This document shows, one piece after another, positions 1-9,128 of a DNA stretch of 27,004 bases. The notes beneath the pieces were generated by a model. That model saw only the letters and a program-made list of their open reading frames with translations. It was not told the origin of the DNA and searched no databases. The DNA is from Alphaproteobacteria bacterium (GTDB taxonomy: Bacteria; Pseudomonadota; Alphaproteobacteria; Rickettsiales; UBA8987), in NCBI GenBank assembly GCA_003531345.1, contig DQGZ01000228.1, positions 1 to 27,004 of the forward strand, read 5' to 3'. How positions within the stretch are numbered: the first letter of the stretch is position 1; every line of letters starts with the position of its first letter. A program made the translations under genes and the position numbers.

Positions 1-2
1 AA

Positions 3-368
3 ATGATTTCATCAGGTATGGTTTTTTGGAAGATGCTGAAAGAAAAAAAATTTCTTGCTGAGGAAATATTGACCTGTTTAGGGGATATGAAATTTAATAT
101 GGAGCCTAAATCTTCAGCCTATCTTAACGATGATAAAAATATTGAAGATGCAATAGCCTGTGCAGAAGCCTTGGCTAGAATACCTCAGCAGGAGCTTAAA
201 TGGGGCAGGGGCATTGTAAAATATTTCTGTTTTGACCTGCAAAGATTTTATTACAAAAAAGTGGTGGCAGCAGAAATAAAAAGATATGAATATATAAATA
301 AAAAAAAGTTTGAACTGCCAAAAACAAAATATAAAAAACCTATTTTGGAAAAGATGCTGGAGAAATAA
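3..368 (+). CDS. Hypothetical protein, possibly 5'-truncated by the window edge
   Basis: 121-aa ORF whose TAA (366-368) directly abuts the ferredoxin ATG (369); no motif recognised. Confidence 0.55.
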   Translation: MISSGMVFWKMLKEKKFLAEEILTCLGDMKFNMEPKSSAYLNDDKNIEDAIACAEALARIPQQELKWGRGIVKYFCFDLQRFYYKKVVAAEIKRYEYINKKKFELPKTKYKKPILEKMLEK

Positions 369-692
369 ATGACAGACATAACCGTAAAAGTTAAAGACCC
401 AGAAGGTAAAATTCATGAACTTATAGCCCCAGAAGGATATAGGTTAATGGAGGTAATTCGTGACTATGAATTACCTATAAAAGCTGAATGTGGTGGCTCA
501 ATGGCTTGCGCGACCTGTCATGTTTATGTTGCTGAGAATTGGGTAGAAAAATTGGTGCCACCAACAGATGAAGAAACAAAAATGCTTGATGATGCGTTTT
601 TTGTGAAATCAAATAGCCGTCTTTCCTGCCAGGTTATAATCAAGCCAGAATTTAATGGGCTGGAAGTTGAGATAGCACCTAATAGTGATTAA
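369..692 (+). CDS. fdx: 2Fe-2S ferredoxin, adrenodoxin/ISC type
   Basis: CGGSMACATCHVYV ... SRLSCQ supplies the four Cys ligands in adrenodoxin-type spacing; 107 aa. Confidence 0.93.
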   Translation: MTDITVKVKDPEGKIHELIAPEGYRLMEVIRDYELPIKAECGGSMACATCHVYVAENWVEKLVPPTDEETKMLDDAFFVKSNSRLSCQVIIKPEFNGLEVEIAPNSD

Positions 693-701
693 TTTTTAGG
701 C

Positions 702-867
702 ATAATTAAAAAGTGTGATATTATTCTTAGTGACTAACGTAGCTTAGTCACTTTAGGTTGTACAGTTTGTTAGAATGTGGATTTTAGGGGATTTACCTAG
801 GTCAGCTCTAGAGAATACAAACCTTACAACAGTTCTCCTTTTTAAACTGCAAGTGTAACACCTTACT
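702..867. ncRNA. Candidate structured non-coding RNA (~160 nt; 6S-like or trans-acting sRNA), strand unresolved
   Basis: Hairpin 729-737/744-752 (9 bp perfect), long irregular stem 757-830, short hairpin 830-849, pairing of the ends 711-720/855-864; sigma70-like promoters on both sides. Confidence 0.45.
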
Positions 868-874
868 AAAAGTC

Positions 875-903
875 ATTATAAATTGTATAACAAGACCTTA
901 CAA
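875..903 (-). promoter_or_regulatory. sigma70-like promoter reading into the fdx/DUF3576 intergenic region
   Basis: Minus strand TTGTAA (898-903), 17 nt, TATAAT (875-880); predicted start near 867. Confidence 0.5.
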
Positions 904-1431
904 TCTGTTACCCTCTATCTTCAACTCTCTGGCTCTGGTTAATATTTTGTCTTCCAGCTTACGTTCTAATTCTGGGTTTCTCGGCACATCCTTACCATTT
1001 TTCTGACGGAAAAGCTTAACTTTCAAGGCATCTGCACGAAGTTCACTGGTAGAGATCAGGATGTTAGCTTTTATCCTTTCTCCCTTTGCCTGAGGGTCTT
1101 CATACCAATCAGTTATCACTACACCACCAACTGCATCAGCAGATTGAAGAGGCATGAAAGACATAATATCAAGCGTTGCACGCCACAGATAAGCGTTAAC
1201 ACCACCACCGCCACCAGCACCTATTTTGTCAGATTCCCTGCCCGCATCACCAAATATCCAGCTACCTGCCTGCAATAAACTTCCCCTTTCCTTCCTTCTT
1301 TTATATTTATTGCCTAGTGGGAAAGACTGGTCAACCTGTGGTTTATCACTTGATTCATCTGAACTGCATGAAGACGTGAATGAGGTAATAACTAAAGCAA
1401 TGGCAAAAAGCATCAAAGTTTTGTTTTTCAT
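898..1431 (-). CDS. DUF3576-like lipoprotein
   Basis: Signal peptide with lipobox-like TSSC; GVNAYLWRATLDIMSFMPLQSADAVGGVVITDWY matches the alphaproteobacterial DUF3576 family as recalled. ATG at 1431 preferred over GTG at 1467. Confidence 0.8.
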   Translation of the reverse strand: MKNKTLMLFAIALVITSFTSSCSSDESSDKPQVDQSFPLGNKYKRRKERGSLLQAGSWIFGDAGRESDKIGAGGGGGVNAYLWRATLDIMSFMPLQSADAVGGVVITDWYEDPQAKGERIKANILISTSELRADALKVKLFRQKNGKDVPRNPELERKLEDKILTRARELKIEGNRL

Positions 1432-1568
1432 AATATTTTTAGTTTTAATGTAATTTAAAAATTCCACTTTAATCTATTAAACCACATTTAATCTTTTTCA
1501 ATTCGGATTTAATATTTTTTCATAACATTTGCAGCAATAACAACAAATATTTAACTCTAATAACTAAC

Positions 1569-2996
1569 CTAAAAATGAATCGCCTGTTTATCGGCATCTA
1601 GCACCGCTTCGTGCATCATTTCTGATAAAGTTGGGTGAGCAAAAATTGTATGCATGAAGTCATAATTTGTAAGCTCGGCGGTTTTGCCAACCACATAGCC
1701 TTGAATCATTTCCGTAACTTCGCTACCGACCATATGCGCGCCTAAAAGCTCACCAGTTTGCGCGTCAAAAATTGTTTTGATGAAGCCTTCAGTCTCGCCC
1801 ATTGCTATTGCCTTGCCATTGCCAATATAAGGGAATCTGCCAACTTTAATGCTGTAGCCTTTTTCTTTTGCTTTATCTTCGGTTAAACCAACTGATGCAA
1901 CTTGCGGGTAACAATAAGTGCAACCCGGAATATTTTCTTTCACGATTGGGTGCGGCTGATGGTCAAACTTGCCTTCTAAATACGCAATATTTTCAACGCA
2001 GATAATCCCCTCGTGTGAGGCTTTATGCGCCAACCACGGAGCGGACACCACATCACCGATTGCATAAATTCCGTCTTCATCTGTTTTGCAAAATTCATCA
2101 ATTTGGATTTGGTTGCGCTCAATTTTTACTCTTGTGCCTTCTAATCCTAAATTCTCTGTATTGCCCATAACGCCAACCGCAACGATAACTTTCTCAACTT
2201 TTATTTTTTCTATAGTGCCGTCTTTTGCTTTAAGATTTACTGTTACTTCGTCTTTACCTTTTTCTATTGAAGCCTGAACATTTGTTTTAATTTTCAAACC
2301 TTGTTTCTCAAAAGTTTTTTGCATAAAGGCTGAAACTTCTTTGTCTTCAACTGGTAAAATTCTATCCATCGCTTCTACCAAAGTTACATCAACGCCCATA
2401 TTTTTATAGAAGGATGCAAACTCCGTCCCAATAGCGCCACTACCAATTACAACCAAAGTTTTTGGCATTGCATCTGGTGTCATTGCTTTTTTATAGCTCC
2501 ACACTTGTTGCTCGTCATGCTCAAGCCCAGGGAAGGTTTTTGCACGTGCGCCAGTTGCAAAAATTATGTGTCTGCTTTCAATATCTGCAATTCTTTTACT
2601 ATCTCTGTCACCAGATTCACGCACAGAAATTTTGCCTACTCCGTTTAGTTTTCCATAACCATTAAACACTTCAACTTTATTTTTCTTCATTAAATGCTTG
2701 ATACCTTCAGTCAGTTTTTTTGAAACATTGCGTGAGCGCTCAATAATTTTTTTGAAATCAAATTTGATATTTTCTGCTGATAAACCAAACTGGTCTAAAT
2801 TGTGCATTAAGTGATAAATTTCAGAACTACGAAGTAGCGCTTTAGTAGGGATACAGCCCCAGTTAAGGCATATACCACCCAAATGTTCGCGTTCAACCAA
2901 TGCCACTCTATAGCCCAGTTGTGATGCACGAATTGCCGCAACATAGCCACCAGGGCCACCACCAATTATTGCTATATCAAATTTATTTTCTGTCAT
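1569..2996 (-). CDS. lpdA: Dihydrolipoamide dehydrogenase (E3)
   Basis: GGGPGGYVAA FAD motif, redox-active GGICLNWGCIPTK, GSGAIG NAD motif, C-terminal HPTLSE. Confidence 0.97.
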   Translation of the reverse strand: MTENKFDIAIIGGGPGGYVAAIRASQLGYRVALVEREHLGGICLNWGCIPTKALLRSSEIYHLMHNLDQFGLSAENIKFDFKKIIERSRNVSKKLTEGIKHLMKKNKVEVFNGYGKLNGVGKISVRESGDRDSKRIADIESRHIIFATGARAKTFPGLEHDEQQVWSYKKAMTPDAMPKTLVVIGSGAIGTEFASFYKNMGVDVTLVEAMDRILPVEDKEVSAFMQKTFEKQGLKIKTNVQASIEKGKDEVTVNLKAKDGTIEKIKVEKVIVAVGVMGNTENLGLEGTRVKIERNQIQIDEFCKTDEDGIYAIGDVVSAPWLAHKASHEGIICVENIAYLEGKFDHQPHPIVKENIPGCTYCYPQVASVGLTEDKAKEKGYSIKVGRFPYIGNGKAIAMGETEGFIKTIFDAQTGELLGAHMVGSEVTEMIQGYVVGKTAELTNYDFMHTIFAHPTLSEMMHEAVLDADKQAIHF

Positions 2997-3052
2997 AATT
3001 TACTCCAATTTTTATTTGTATTACTTATTATTCAAATGCTTTTCCGCCTAAA

Positions 3053-3073
3053 CCCTTCCCGCTTGCGAGGGAG
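3053..3073. repeat. Degenerate short REP-like palindrome
   Basis: CCCTTCCCGCTTGCGAGGGAG, an imperfect CCCGC-TT-GCGGG-type hairpin resembling alphaproteobacterial intergenic palindromes. Confidence 0.35.
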
Positions 3074-3084
3074 TAGTTTTTTTC

Positions 3085-3174
3085 GTCATTGCGAGTAACA
3101 ATGTGACGAAGCAATCCATCCTCACGAGCGATAATACCACCCCGATGGATTGCTTAGCATTTGCTCGTAATGAC
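3085..3174. repeat. Rickettsia-palindromic-element (RPE)-like / MITE-like inverted repeat
   Basis: GTCATTGCGAG...GAAGCAATCC / GGATTGCTT...CTCGTAATGAC architecture; perfect 12-bp inner IR 3109-3120/3144-3155 and outer arms 3085-3096/3163-3174. Confidence 0.75.
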
Positions 3175-3263
3175 AATTTGTTCCTTCTACATTGGTAAAG
3201 TGTTAGGAATGATTGACCTCTGCTAAGCTTATACGCAACAGTACTATACCGCCCCTCACAAGC

Positions 3264-3289
3264 AAAAAACCCAGCAAAAGCTGGGTTTT
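3264..3289 (-). terminator. Rho-independent terminator of rplU-rpmA
   Basis: Minus strand CCCAGC-TTTT-GCTGGG followed by T6, about 27 nt after the rpmA stop. Confidence 0.8.
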
Positions 3290-3316
3290 AAATTCCTCAA
3301 AACTAAAAGTGCACAA

Positions 3317-3583
3317 CTATACAACTGCTGTAGTTGGAACAACAGAAACATAACTCCTGTCATTTGCTTTAGTTTCAAACTTAACTATGCCATCTACTAA
3401 TGAATAGATTGTATGGTCTTTACCTAAACCAACATTCTTACCTGGCTTCCATTTAGTTCCTCTTTGGCGAACCAATATACCACCTGCTAAAACTGACTGA
3501 CCACCAAATCTTTTGACACCTAACCGCCTGCCATCCGAGTCGCGTCCGTTACTACTACTACCACCTGCCTTCTTGGTTGCCAT
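3317..3583 (-). CDS. rpmA: 50S ribosomal protein L27
   Basis: [29 protein letters not shown] signature. Confidence 0.98.
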   Translation of the reverse strand: MATKKAGGSSSNGRDSDGRRLGVKRFGGQSVLAGGILVRQRGTKWKPGKNVGLGKDHTIYSLVDGIVKFETKANDRSYVSVVPTTAVV

Positions 3584-3620
3584 AAAATCTCCGTACTATT
3601 TGTATTAATAATTATTTTAA

Positions 3621-3932
3621 TTAAGCTTCTATTGCTGTTATTTTAACTTTAGTTACCAATTGCCTGTGACCGTTCTTCCTGCGGTAATTGTGCCTACGCT
3701 TCTTCTTGAAAACAAGAATCTTGTCGTCTTTGAACTGCTCAAGAACTTCTGCTGCAACAGCAGCATTAGCAACAGTAGGTTTACCTAAAGTAACCTGATT
3801 ATTGCTTTCAATAGCTATTACCTCATTGAAACGAACTGTTTCACCAACCTGTGCATTCAGTTTTTCAACTTCTAAAATATCATTTTGGCTTACTTTGTAC
3901 TGTTTGCCACCAGTTTTTATTACCGCAAACAT
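3621..3932 (-). CDS. rplU: 50S ribosomal protein L21
   Basis: MFAVIKTGGKQYKV...KKKRRHNYRRKNGHRQ; GGAG SD at 3939-3942 supports ATG at 3932. Confidence 0.98.
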   Translation of the reverse strand: MFAVIKTGGKQYKVSQNDILEVEKLNAQVGETVRFNEVIAIESNNQVTLGKPTVANAAVAAEVLEQFKDDKILVFKKKRRHNYRRKNGHRQLVTKVKITAIEA

Positions 3933-3962
3933 AAATATCTCCATAATTAAAAAGGGAACGCC

Positions 3963-3990
3963 TTTATACTTATGAAAACTTTACTGTCAA
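3963..3990 (-). promoter_or_regulatory. sigma70 promoter of rplU-rpmA
   Basis: TTGACA (3985-3990), 16 nt, TATAAA (3963-3968) on the minus strand. Confidence 0.6.
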
Positions 3991-4003
3991 CAATTAATAG
4001 CTA

Positions 4004-4031
4004 TTGCTTTGGTTATTTGTGCTGGTATAAG
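4004..4031 (+). promoter_or_regulatory. Probable sigma70 promoter of dnaN, divergent from rplU
   Basis: TTGCTT (4004-4009), 16 nt, TATAAG (4026-4031). Confidence 0.4.
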
Positions 4032-4074
4032 GAAAATCGCTATATATTTGTAACTAAAATCATCCTATACAATT

Positions 4075-5217
4075 ATGGAAAATGCAGCTAGAAAAATAGA
4101 GCCAAAATTGGCGCTTTCACTTACTATAGAGAAAAATGCCTTGCTCGGTTCGTTATCAAAATTACAGTCTTTTGTTGAAAAAAGAAATACCATACCAATT
4201 TTATCAAATGTTAAGCTGGACGCTGACCAGAACGGCTTGACCCTTACCGTAACCGATATGGATCTTGTAGTCTCTGAAACTGTTGAGGCGGCGGTCAGTG
4301 AGGAAGGATCTTTGACAGTTCCTGCAACAACCCTTTATGACATCATAAGGAAATTGCCTGAAGGTGCACAGGTTAAACTGGACCTTGATACCAAGTCATC
4401 ACGCGTCAATATAAAATCAGGCAACTCAAAATTCACTCTTTCCTACCTACCTTCTGATGATTTCCCTGTAATGTCTGAAGGAACTTTGACTCACCAATTC
4501 AGCTTAAAATCAAAAGATTTCCTGAAGCTTATCGAAAAAACTCGATTTGCAATGAGCACCGAAGAAACAAGATACTATTTGAATGGTGTTTATTTCCACA
4601 CTGTCGAGAATAGTTTAAAAACTGTATCTACTGATGGGCATAGGCTTGCAAAAGTTGAAATAGAAGCACCAGAAGGCACAAAAGGAATGCCAGGAGTTAT
4701 AATTCCTAGAAAAGCAGTTAATGAGATAAACAAAATCCTTGAAAATCAGGAGGAGGTTAAAATTTCACTATCTGACTCAAAAATTAAATTTAATGCAGGC
4801 AAAATTGAATTACTTTCAAAAGTAGTTGATGGTACATTTCCTGATTATGCACGTGTTATTCCAGAAAATAATGTTAAATTCCTGACAGTGAACAGCAACT
4901 TAGTAAGAGAGGCAATTGATCGTGTTGCAACAATTACCGCTGATAAAACTAGGGCAGTTAAGCTTAACTTAAGCAAAAACAACCTAAATATCAGCGCTCA
5001 GGGTATTGAGGGTATATCTGGTAATGAGAATGTTGAATGCACCTACCAGAGTGATGCTATTGAAGCAGGTTTCAATTCAAGATATTTGCTTGAAATGCTT
5101 TCTCTTGTTGAGGGGGTAGAAACTAATTTTGCATTTGATACTGCAAACTCTCCAGTAATAGTTACTGACTCAAAAGATACTTCAGCTTTATTCATCATAA
5201 TGCCGATGAGGGTATAA
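4075..5217 (+). CDS. dnaN: DNA polymerase III beta sliding clamp
   Basis: RNTIPILSNV, EETRYYLNGVYF, STDGHRLA, VDGTFPDY, C-terminal IIMPMRV. Confidence 0.98.
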   Translation: MENAARKIEPKLALSLTIEKNALLGSLSKLQSFVEKRNTIPILSNVKLDADQNGLTLTVTDMDLVVSETVEAAVSEEGSLTVPATTLYDIIRKLPEGAQVKLDLDTKSSRVNIKSGNSKFTLSYLPSDDFPVMSEGTLTHQFSLKSKDFLKLIEKTRFAMSTEETRYYLNGVYFHTVENSLKTVSTDGHRLAKVEIEAPEGTKGMPGVIIPRKAVNEINKILENQEEVKISLSDSKIKFNAGKIELLSKVVDGTFPDYARVIPENNVKFLTVNSNLVREAIDRVATITADKTRAVKLNLSKNNLNISAQGIEGISGNENVECTYQSDAIEAGFNSRYLLEMLSLVEGVETNFAFDTANSPVIVTDSKDTSALFIIMPMRV

Positions 5218-5222
5218 TTTAA

Positions 5223-5283
5223 GGGGCTAGAGACTAGTAAGTTTGAGCTAAAACATTTCTTTCTAGCCCCCAGTCTCTAGCCC
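5223..5283. repeat. Intergenic inverted repeat with duplicated CTAGCCC arm
   Basis: GGGCTAGAGACT (5224-5235) is the perfect complement of AGTCTCTAGCCC (5272-5283); GGGGCTAGA (5223-5231) can instead pair with TCTAGCCCC (5262-5270). Confidence 0.6.
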
Positions 5284-5292
5284 TTGACCTTT

Positions 5293-5718
5293 ATGAAAAT
5301 ACTTATAGCATCTGACCACGCAGGCTTTGAGTTAAAGGAATATATTAAATCTTCCTTGTCTGCCAAATTTGACTTCATTGACCTTGGAACCAACTCTGAT
5401 GAATCTGTTGACTACCCAGATTTTGGTAAAAAACTAGCAGCCGAAATTGAAAATAAAACCGCCGAATTTGGCATTGTTATTTGTGGCTCTGGTATTGGCA
5501 TTTCAATCGCAGCAAACCGCAATAAAGCCGTGCGGGCAGCCCTTTGCCTCACCGAAGAAATGGCATTACTCGCAAGGAAGCATAATGATGCAAATGTTTT
5601 AGCTCTTGGGGCACGCCTTACCCCTGTTCAAACCAACTTGAATATTATTGAAAAGTTTTTCTCAACCAGTTTTGACGGCGGCAGACACAGTGAGAGAGTA
5701 AATAAATTGGGGTGTTAA
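5293..5718 (+). CDS. rpiB: Ribose-5-phosphate isomerase B
   Basis: IASDHAGFELK, VDYPDF, CGSGIGISIAANR, HNDANVL, FDGGRH; ATG at 5293 preferred. Confidence 0.96.
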   Translation: MKILIASDHAGFELKEYIKSSLSAKFDFIDLGTNSDESVDYPDFGKKLAAEIENKTAEFGIVICGSGIGISIAANRNKAVRAALCLTEEMALLARKHNDANVLALGARLTPVQTNLNIIEKFFSTSFDGGRHSERVNKLGC

Positions 5719-5859
5719 AAGCCTTGCGGTTACTAGATTTTAATTACATATTAGCGCAAACCATTACAGTAAACACTTGTAAGTACAAATATTCCTTTAG
5801 CAATTGTAATGTAAATTATTAAAAAACCTTCACTCAAATCTGTCTGAAAAACTACAAAT

Positions 5860-6792
5860 CTACCTATCAAAAACACTTCCTATTCTTTTGAAAATGTTTT
5901 GTTTAGGTTTTTCAGGATCTTGTTTGGGCTTTTCTGAAAGATTTTTCATCATTTTTTGAACTTTACTATCTAAAGCATGTTCGTCAGTTAATTCCAAAAA
6001 TATAGGCCTTGATTCTATCGCTAATGGAGCTCCTAGTTTTACAGCTTCTTTTCTTGCATCGATTTCTACTCTCGTCACTTTATCAGTTGCAATTAAAAAT
6101 CTTTCAAAACTATTATATTTTTCCCGATCTCTTTCAACTTGAGGTAATTTATTAAGAGTTTCTTCAGGTGTTTGCGGAAATTTTTTTAACAAATTATCTA
6201 AAGATATTACATAAGAATCATTTGTTTCATCTGTACGAAATACCGATGGTTCAATATATAAATCTTTTATACTGTCTGGATCCATTATCTCAACACTGTT
6301 ATATGGATATTCAGCTGAGCGAAGAATTAAACTGCCATTTTTGCCCTTTTCTTGAGTATATTTTGCTTGTTGATCTAAACTTAGATATAAATCTTTTTTA
6401 GAGCCTATTAAAAGTTTTGTATCCCCAGAATCACGATAAAAACTCTTCCCTACACTTGGATTAAGTTCTTCATCTACTGCACCTGAATTACCTAAATTTG
6501 CAAATGCAATACCTGCTTTTTTGTCATCAAAGAATAGATTATCAAAATTTTTTGTAATTCCTGCTTTTAAATTTTCTATACTGAGTATAGTACTCTTGTG
6601 AACATATTGACCACTAGGTTCCTGCCAAGAATATCCAAAATTTACTTTTGTTGCCCCTTCAGGAATTACTACTTCATTTCCTGTAGGGTGTCTTGAATCA
6701 TCTAATTCTAGTAACTTTCTTGTCCCTCCTACTTCTACATATTTGAATTGTTCGGAGTTTCCATGAATATAAAATTCTTTATCTTTTGACAT
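5860..6792 (-). CDS. Hypothetical protein (orphan, hydrophilic, basic C-terminus)
   Basis: 310-aa ATG-initiated ORF filling the rpiB-glyA gap; no signal peptide, TM segment or recognised motif. Confidence 0.7.
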   Translation of the reverse strand: MSKDKEFYIHGNSEQFKYVEVGGTRKLLELDDSRHPTGNEVVIPEGATKVNFGYSWQEPSGQYVHKSTILSIENLKAGITKNFDNLFFDDKKAGIAFANLGNSGAVDEELNPSVGKSFYRDSGDTKLLIGSKKDLYLSLDQQAKYTQEKGKNGSLILRSAEYPYNSVEIMDPDSIKDLYIEPSVFRTDETNDSYVISLDNLLKKFPQTPEETLNKLPQVERDREKYNSFERFLIATDKVTRVEIDARKEAVKLGAPLAIESRPIFLELTDEHALDSKVQKMMKNLSEKPKQDPEKPKQNIFKRIGSVFDR

Positions 6793-6935
6793 ATTACGTC
6801 GAAATTATGTTTCGACCTGAGGATAACAGAAAATGGTTAACAAAACGTTAACACTTGCTTTTTTCTAGATTTTATTTTAGAAGCCCCAAAAATAAAGTAA
6901 TTATTATGCCACAAACTAAAACAAAATTAAACCAC

Positions 6936-8261
6936 ATGACTAATCAAAACCCATTTTTTACAGCAACATTTGAAGAAACCGATGCGGAGTTAAAAGCCGC
7001 AATAGATGGCGAGCTTAGCCGCCAGCAAAACCAAATTGAGCTTATCGCCTCTGAGAATATTGCGTCAAAAGCAGTTATGACAGCTCAAGGAAGTGTTTTC
7101 ACTAATAAATATGCCGAAGGTTATCCAGCTAAAAGATATTATGGTGGCTGTGAATTTGCTGACAAAGTAGAGCAACTGGCGATTGACAGAGTTTGCAAAT
7201 TATTTAATGCTAAATATGCCAATGTTCAGCCTAATTCTGGCTCTCAAGCCAACCAAGCAGTGTTTACAGCCTTAATAAAACCTAATGATACAATATTAGG
7301 GCAGTCTTTAGCGGCAGGCGGACATTTAACACACGGTGCCGCACCTAACCAGTCTGGCAAATGGTTTAACTCCATTCAGTATGGCGTTCATAAAGATACT
7401 GGGTTGTTGAATTATGAAGAAATTGAAGAGCTGGCACAAAAACATAAACCTAAATTATTAATTGGTGGTTTTTCGGCTTATCCAAGAGTAGTTGATTGGG
7501 CAAGATTACGCAAAATAGCTGATTCTGTTGGAGCATTCTTCCTTGTTGATATGGCGCATGTTGCAGGTTTAGTAGCGGCAGGTGAGTACCCTTCCCCACT
7601 TCCATATGCTGATGTGGTAACCTCAACTACACATAAAACTTTACGCGGTCCTCGTGGTGGCATTATCTTATCAAACTTCCCTGATAAAGTAGTGCGCAAA
7701 ACAGAAAAAGGCACTGAAATTACATTGGCTTCTGCAATTAACTCAGCAATTTTCCCTGGAATTCAGGGCGGGCCACTTGTTCATGTAATTGCTGGTAAAG
7801 CAACAGCTTTCAAAGAAAATTTAGACCCTTCATTTAAAGTTTACGCTAAGCAAGTAATTGAAAATGCTCGTGCATTAGCAGAAACATTAATTAAGCGCGG
7901 AGCTGATATTGTTTCTGGCGGAACTGATAACCACATAGTATTAGTTGACCTTCGCCCTAAAAATCTAACAGGCAAAGCAACAGAAGAGTCATTAGAGCGA
8001 GCAGGTTTAACTTGTAACAAAAATGCTATTCCTTTTGACCCACAACCGCCTTTTGTTACTTCTGGGATTCGTTTAGGCACACCTGCTGGAACAACTCGTG
8101 GTTTTGGTAAAGATGAATTTATTCAGATTGGTAATTTAATTGGCGATGTATTAGACGGGTTAGCTAAAAACCCTGAAAATAACAGTGAAGTTGAAGCGAA
8201 AGTTAAGAAACAGGTGGAAAGCCTTTGTGCCAAATTTCCTATCTACGAAAAGAGTTTTTAG
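6936..8261 (+). CDS. glyA: Serine hydroxymethyltransferase
   Basis: [25 protein letters not shown] motif [14 protein letters not shown]; start at 6936 (or 6906), not the TTG at 6855. Confidence 0.98.
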   Translation: MTNQNPFFTATFEETDAELKAAIDGELSRQQNQIELIASENIASKAVMTAQGSVFTNKYAEGYPAKRYYGGCEFADKVEQLAIDRVCKLFNAKYANVQPNSGSQANQAVFTALIKPNDTILGQSLAAGGHLTHGAAPNQSGKWFNSIQYGVHKDTGLLNYEEIEELAQKHKPKLLIGGFSAYPRVVDWARLRKIADSVGAFFLVDMAHVAGLVAAGEYPSPLPYADVVTSTTHKTLRGPRGGIILSNFPDKVVRKTEKGTEITLASAINSAIFPGIQGGPLVHVIAGKATAFKENLDPSFKVYAKQVIENARALAETLIKRGADIVSGGTDNHIVLVDLRPKNLTGKATEESLERAGLTCNKNAIPFDPQPPFVTSGIRLGTPAGTTRGFGKDEFIQIGNLIGDVLDGLAKNPENNSEVEAKVKKQVESLCAKFPIYEKSF

Positions 8262-9105
8262 TCCTAATTTCTTCAACAATCTGTTCATAGGTTTTTGTTT
8301 CTGTTCTCCTTATTTTACAAAAGCTAAAACCCTTTTGAGATAATAACTCCTCAAAAACTTCCGATGTTGTAACATCTGTGTTGTTTGCTAAACTAATTAC
8401 CAGCATTTTTCTTAGAATGGTTTGCCCTCCAGGAAATTTCTTACTTTCTGCAAACCCTTTAGTAGCTAGATATCCACAATCTGAAAGACTTATTAACAAA
8501 CCCACAAAAGTCATTCCGCTAGCATTTTTATACTCGTTAACTTCTGCTCCCAAAGCATTATCTCCTGTTATAACAAAAAAGTTTGATTGCTGGTTCTGTG
8601 CTATAATTTCTATAATTTCCTCATCCCCCAGCCCTGACCCTTTCATTCTCCTCTTAAGTATTCTCGTAGCCTGATTTTTATCGTTATGCTTTGCATTTAT
8701 TTCATAAATACGCTCTAATCTTTCCCGAGGCATAATATTTTCTGCTAAAAAAATATTTTCAAAATTTTGCCTAATAATTTCTAATATGCCTTGATCAACT
8801 TTATTATTAACACCCCTTTTTTTACCAGCCCGATCAGCAGAACCAAGTAATTCACACGCAACAATTTTAGGAACTACTGCTTTCATCCCTAAATCAGATA
8901 AAACCTCATCAAAAATATTAAAAAAAGAAAGATCGTTAGATTCAGCATCAAATCTTTTATAAGGGTCACGTATATCTGTTTCAATTTTAATGTAATGTTT
9001 AAATGGTAATGTAAATTTTCTAAATGCCTCAGAATCTATAATTAGATAATTCTGTCCTGATAAATAATCAATATCTTGAACTTCTATATCTTCTATTGTT
9101 AGCAC
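8239..9105 (-). CDS. Putative PIN-like domain nuclease
   Basis: Acidic quartet in PIN order: [33 protein letters not shown]; GTG start; convergent 23-nt overlap with glyA. Confidence 0.55.
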   Translation of the reverse strand: MLTIEDIEVQDIDYLSGQNYLIIDSEAFRKFTLPFKHYIKIETDIRDPYKRFDAESNDLSFFNIFDEVLSDLGMKAVVPKIVACELLGSADRAGKKRGVNNKVDQGILEIIRQNFENIFLAENIMPRERLERIYEINAKHNDKNQATRILKRRMKGSGLGDEEIIEIIAQNQQSNFFVITGDNALGAEVNEYKNASGMTFVGLLISLSDCGYLATKGFAESKKFPGGQTILRKMLVISLANNTDVTTSEVFEELLSQKGFSFCKIRRTETKTYEQIVEEIRTKNSFRR

Positions 9106-9128
9106 AAATAAATATGTAGGTTAAATAT

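Noticed and set aside
772-780. AGAATGTGG 9-mer recalled from E. coli 6S RNA
   Set aside because: Its pairing partner CACATTC is not present downstream on the same strand, so the match is likely chance and was not used as evidence.
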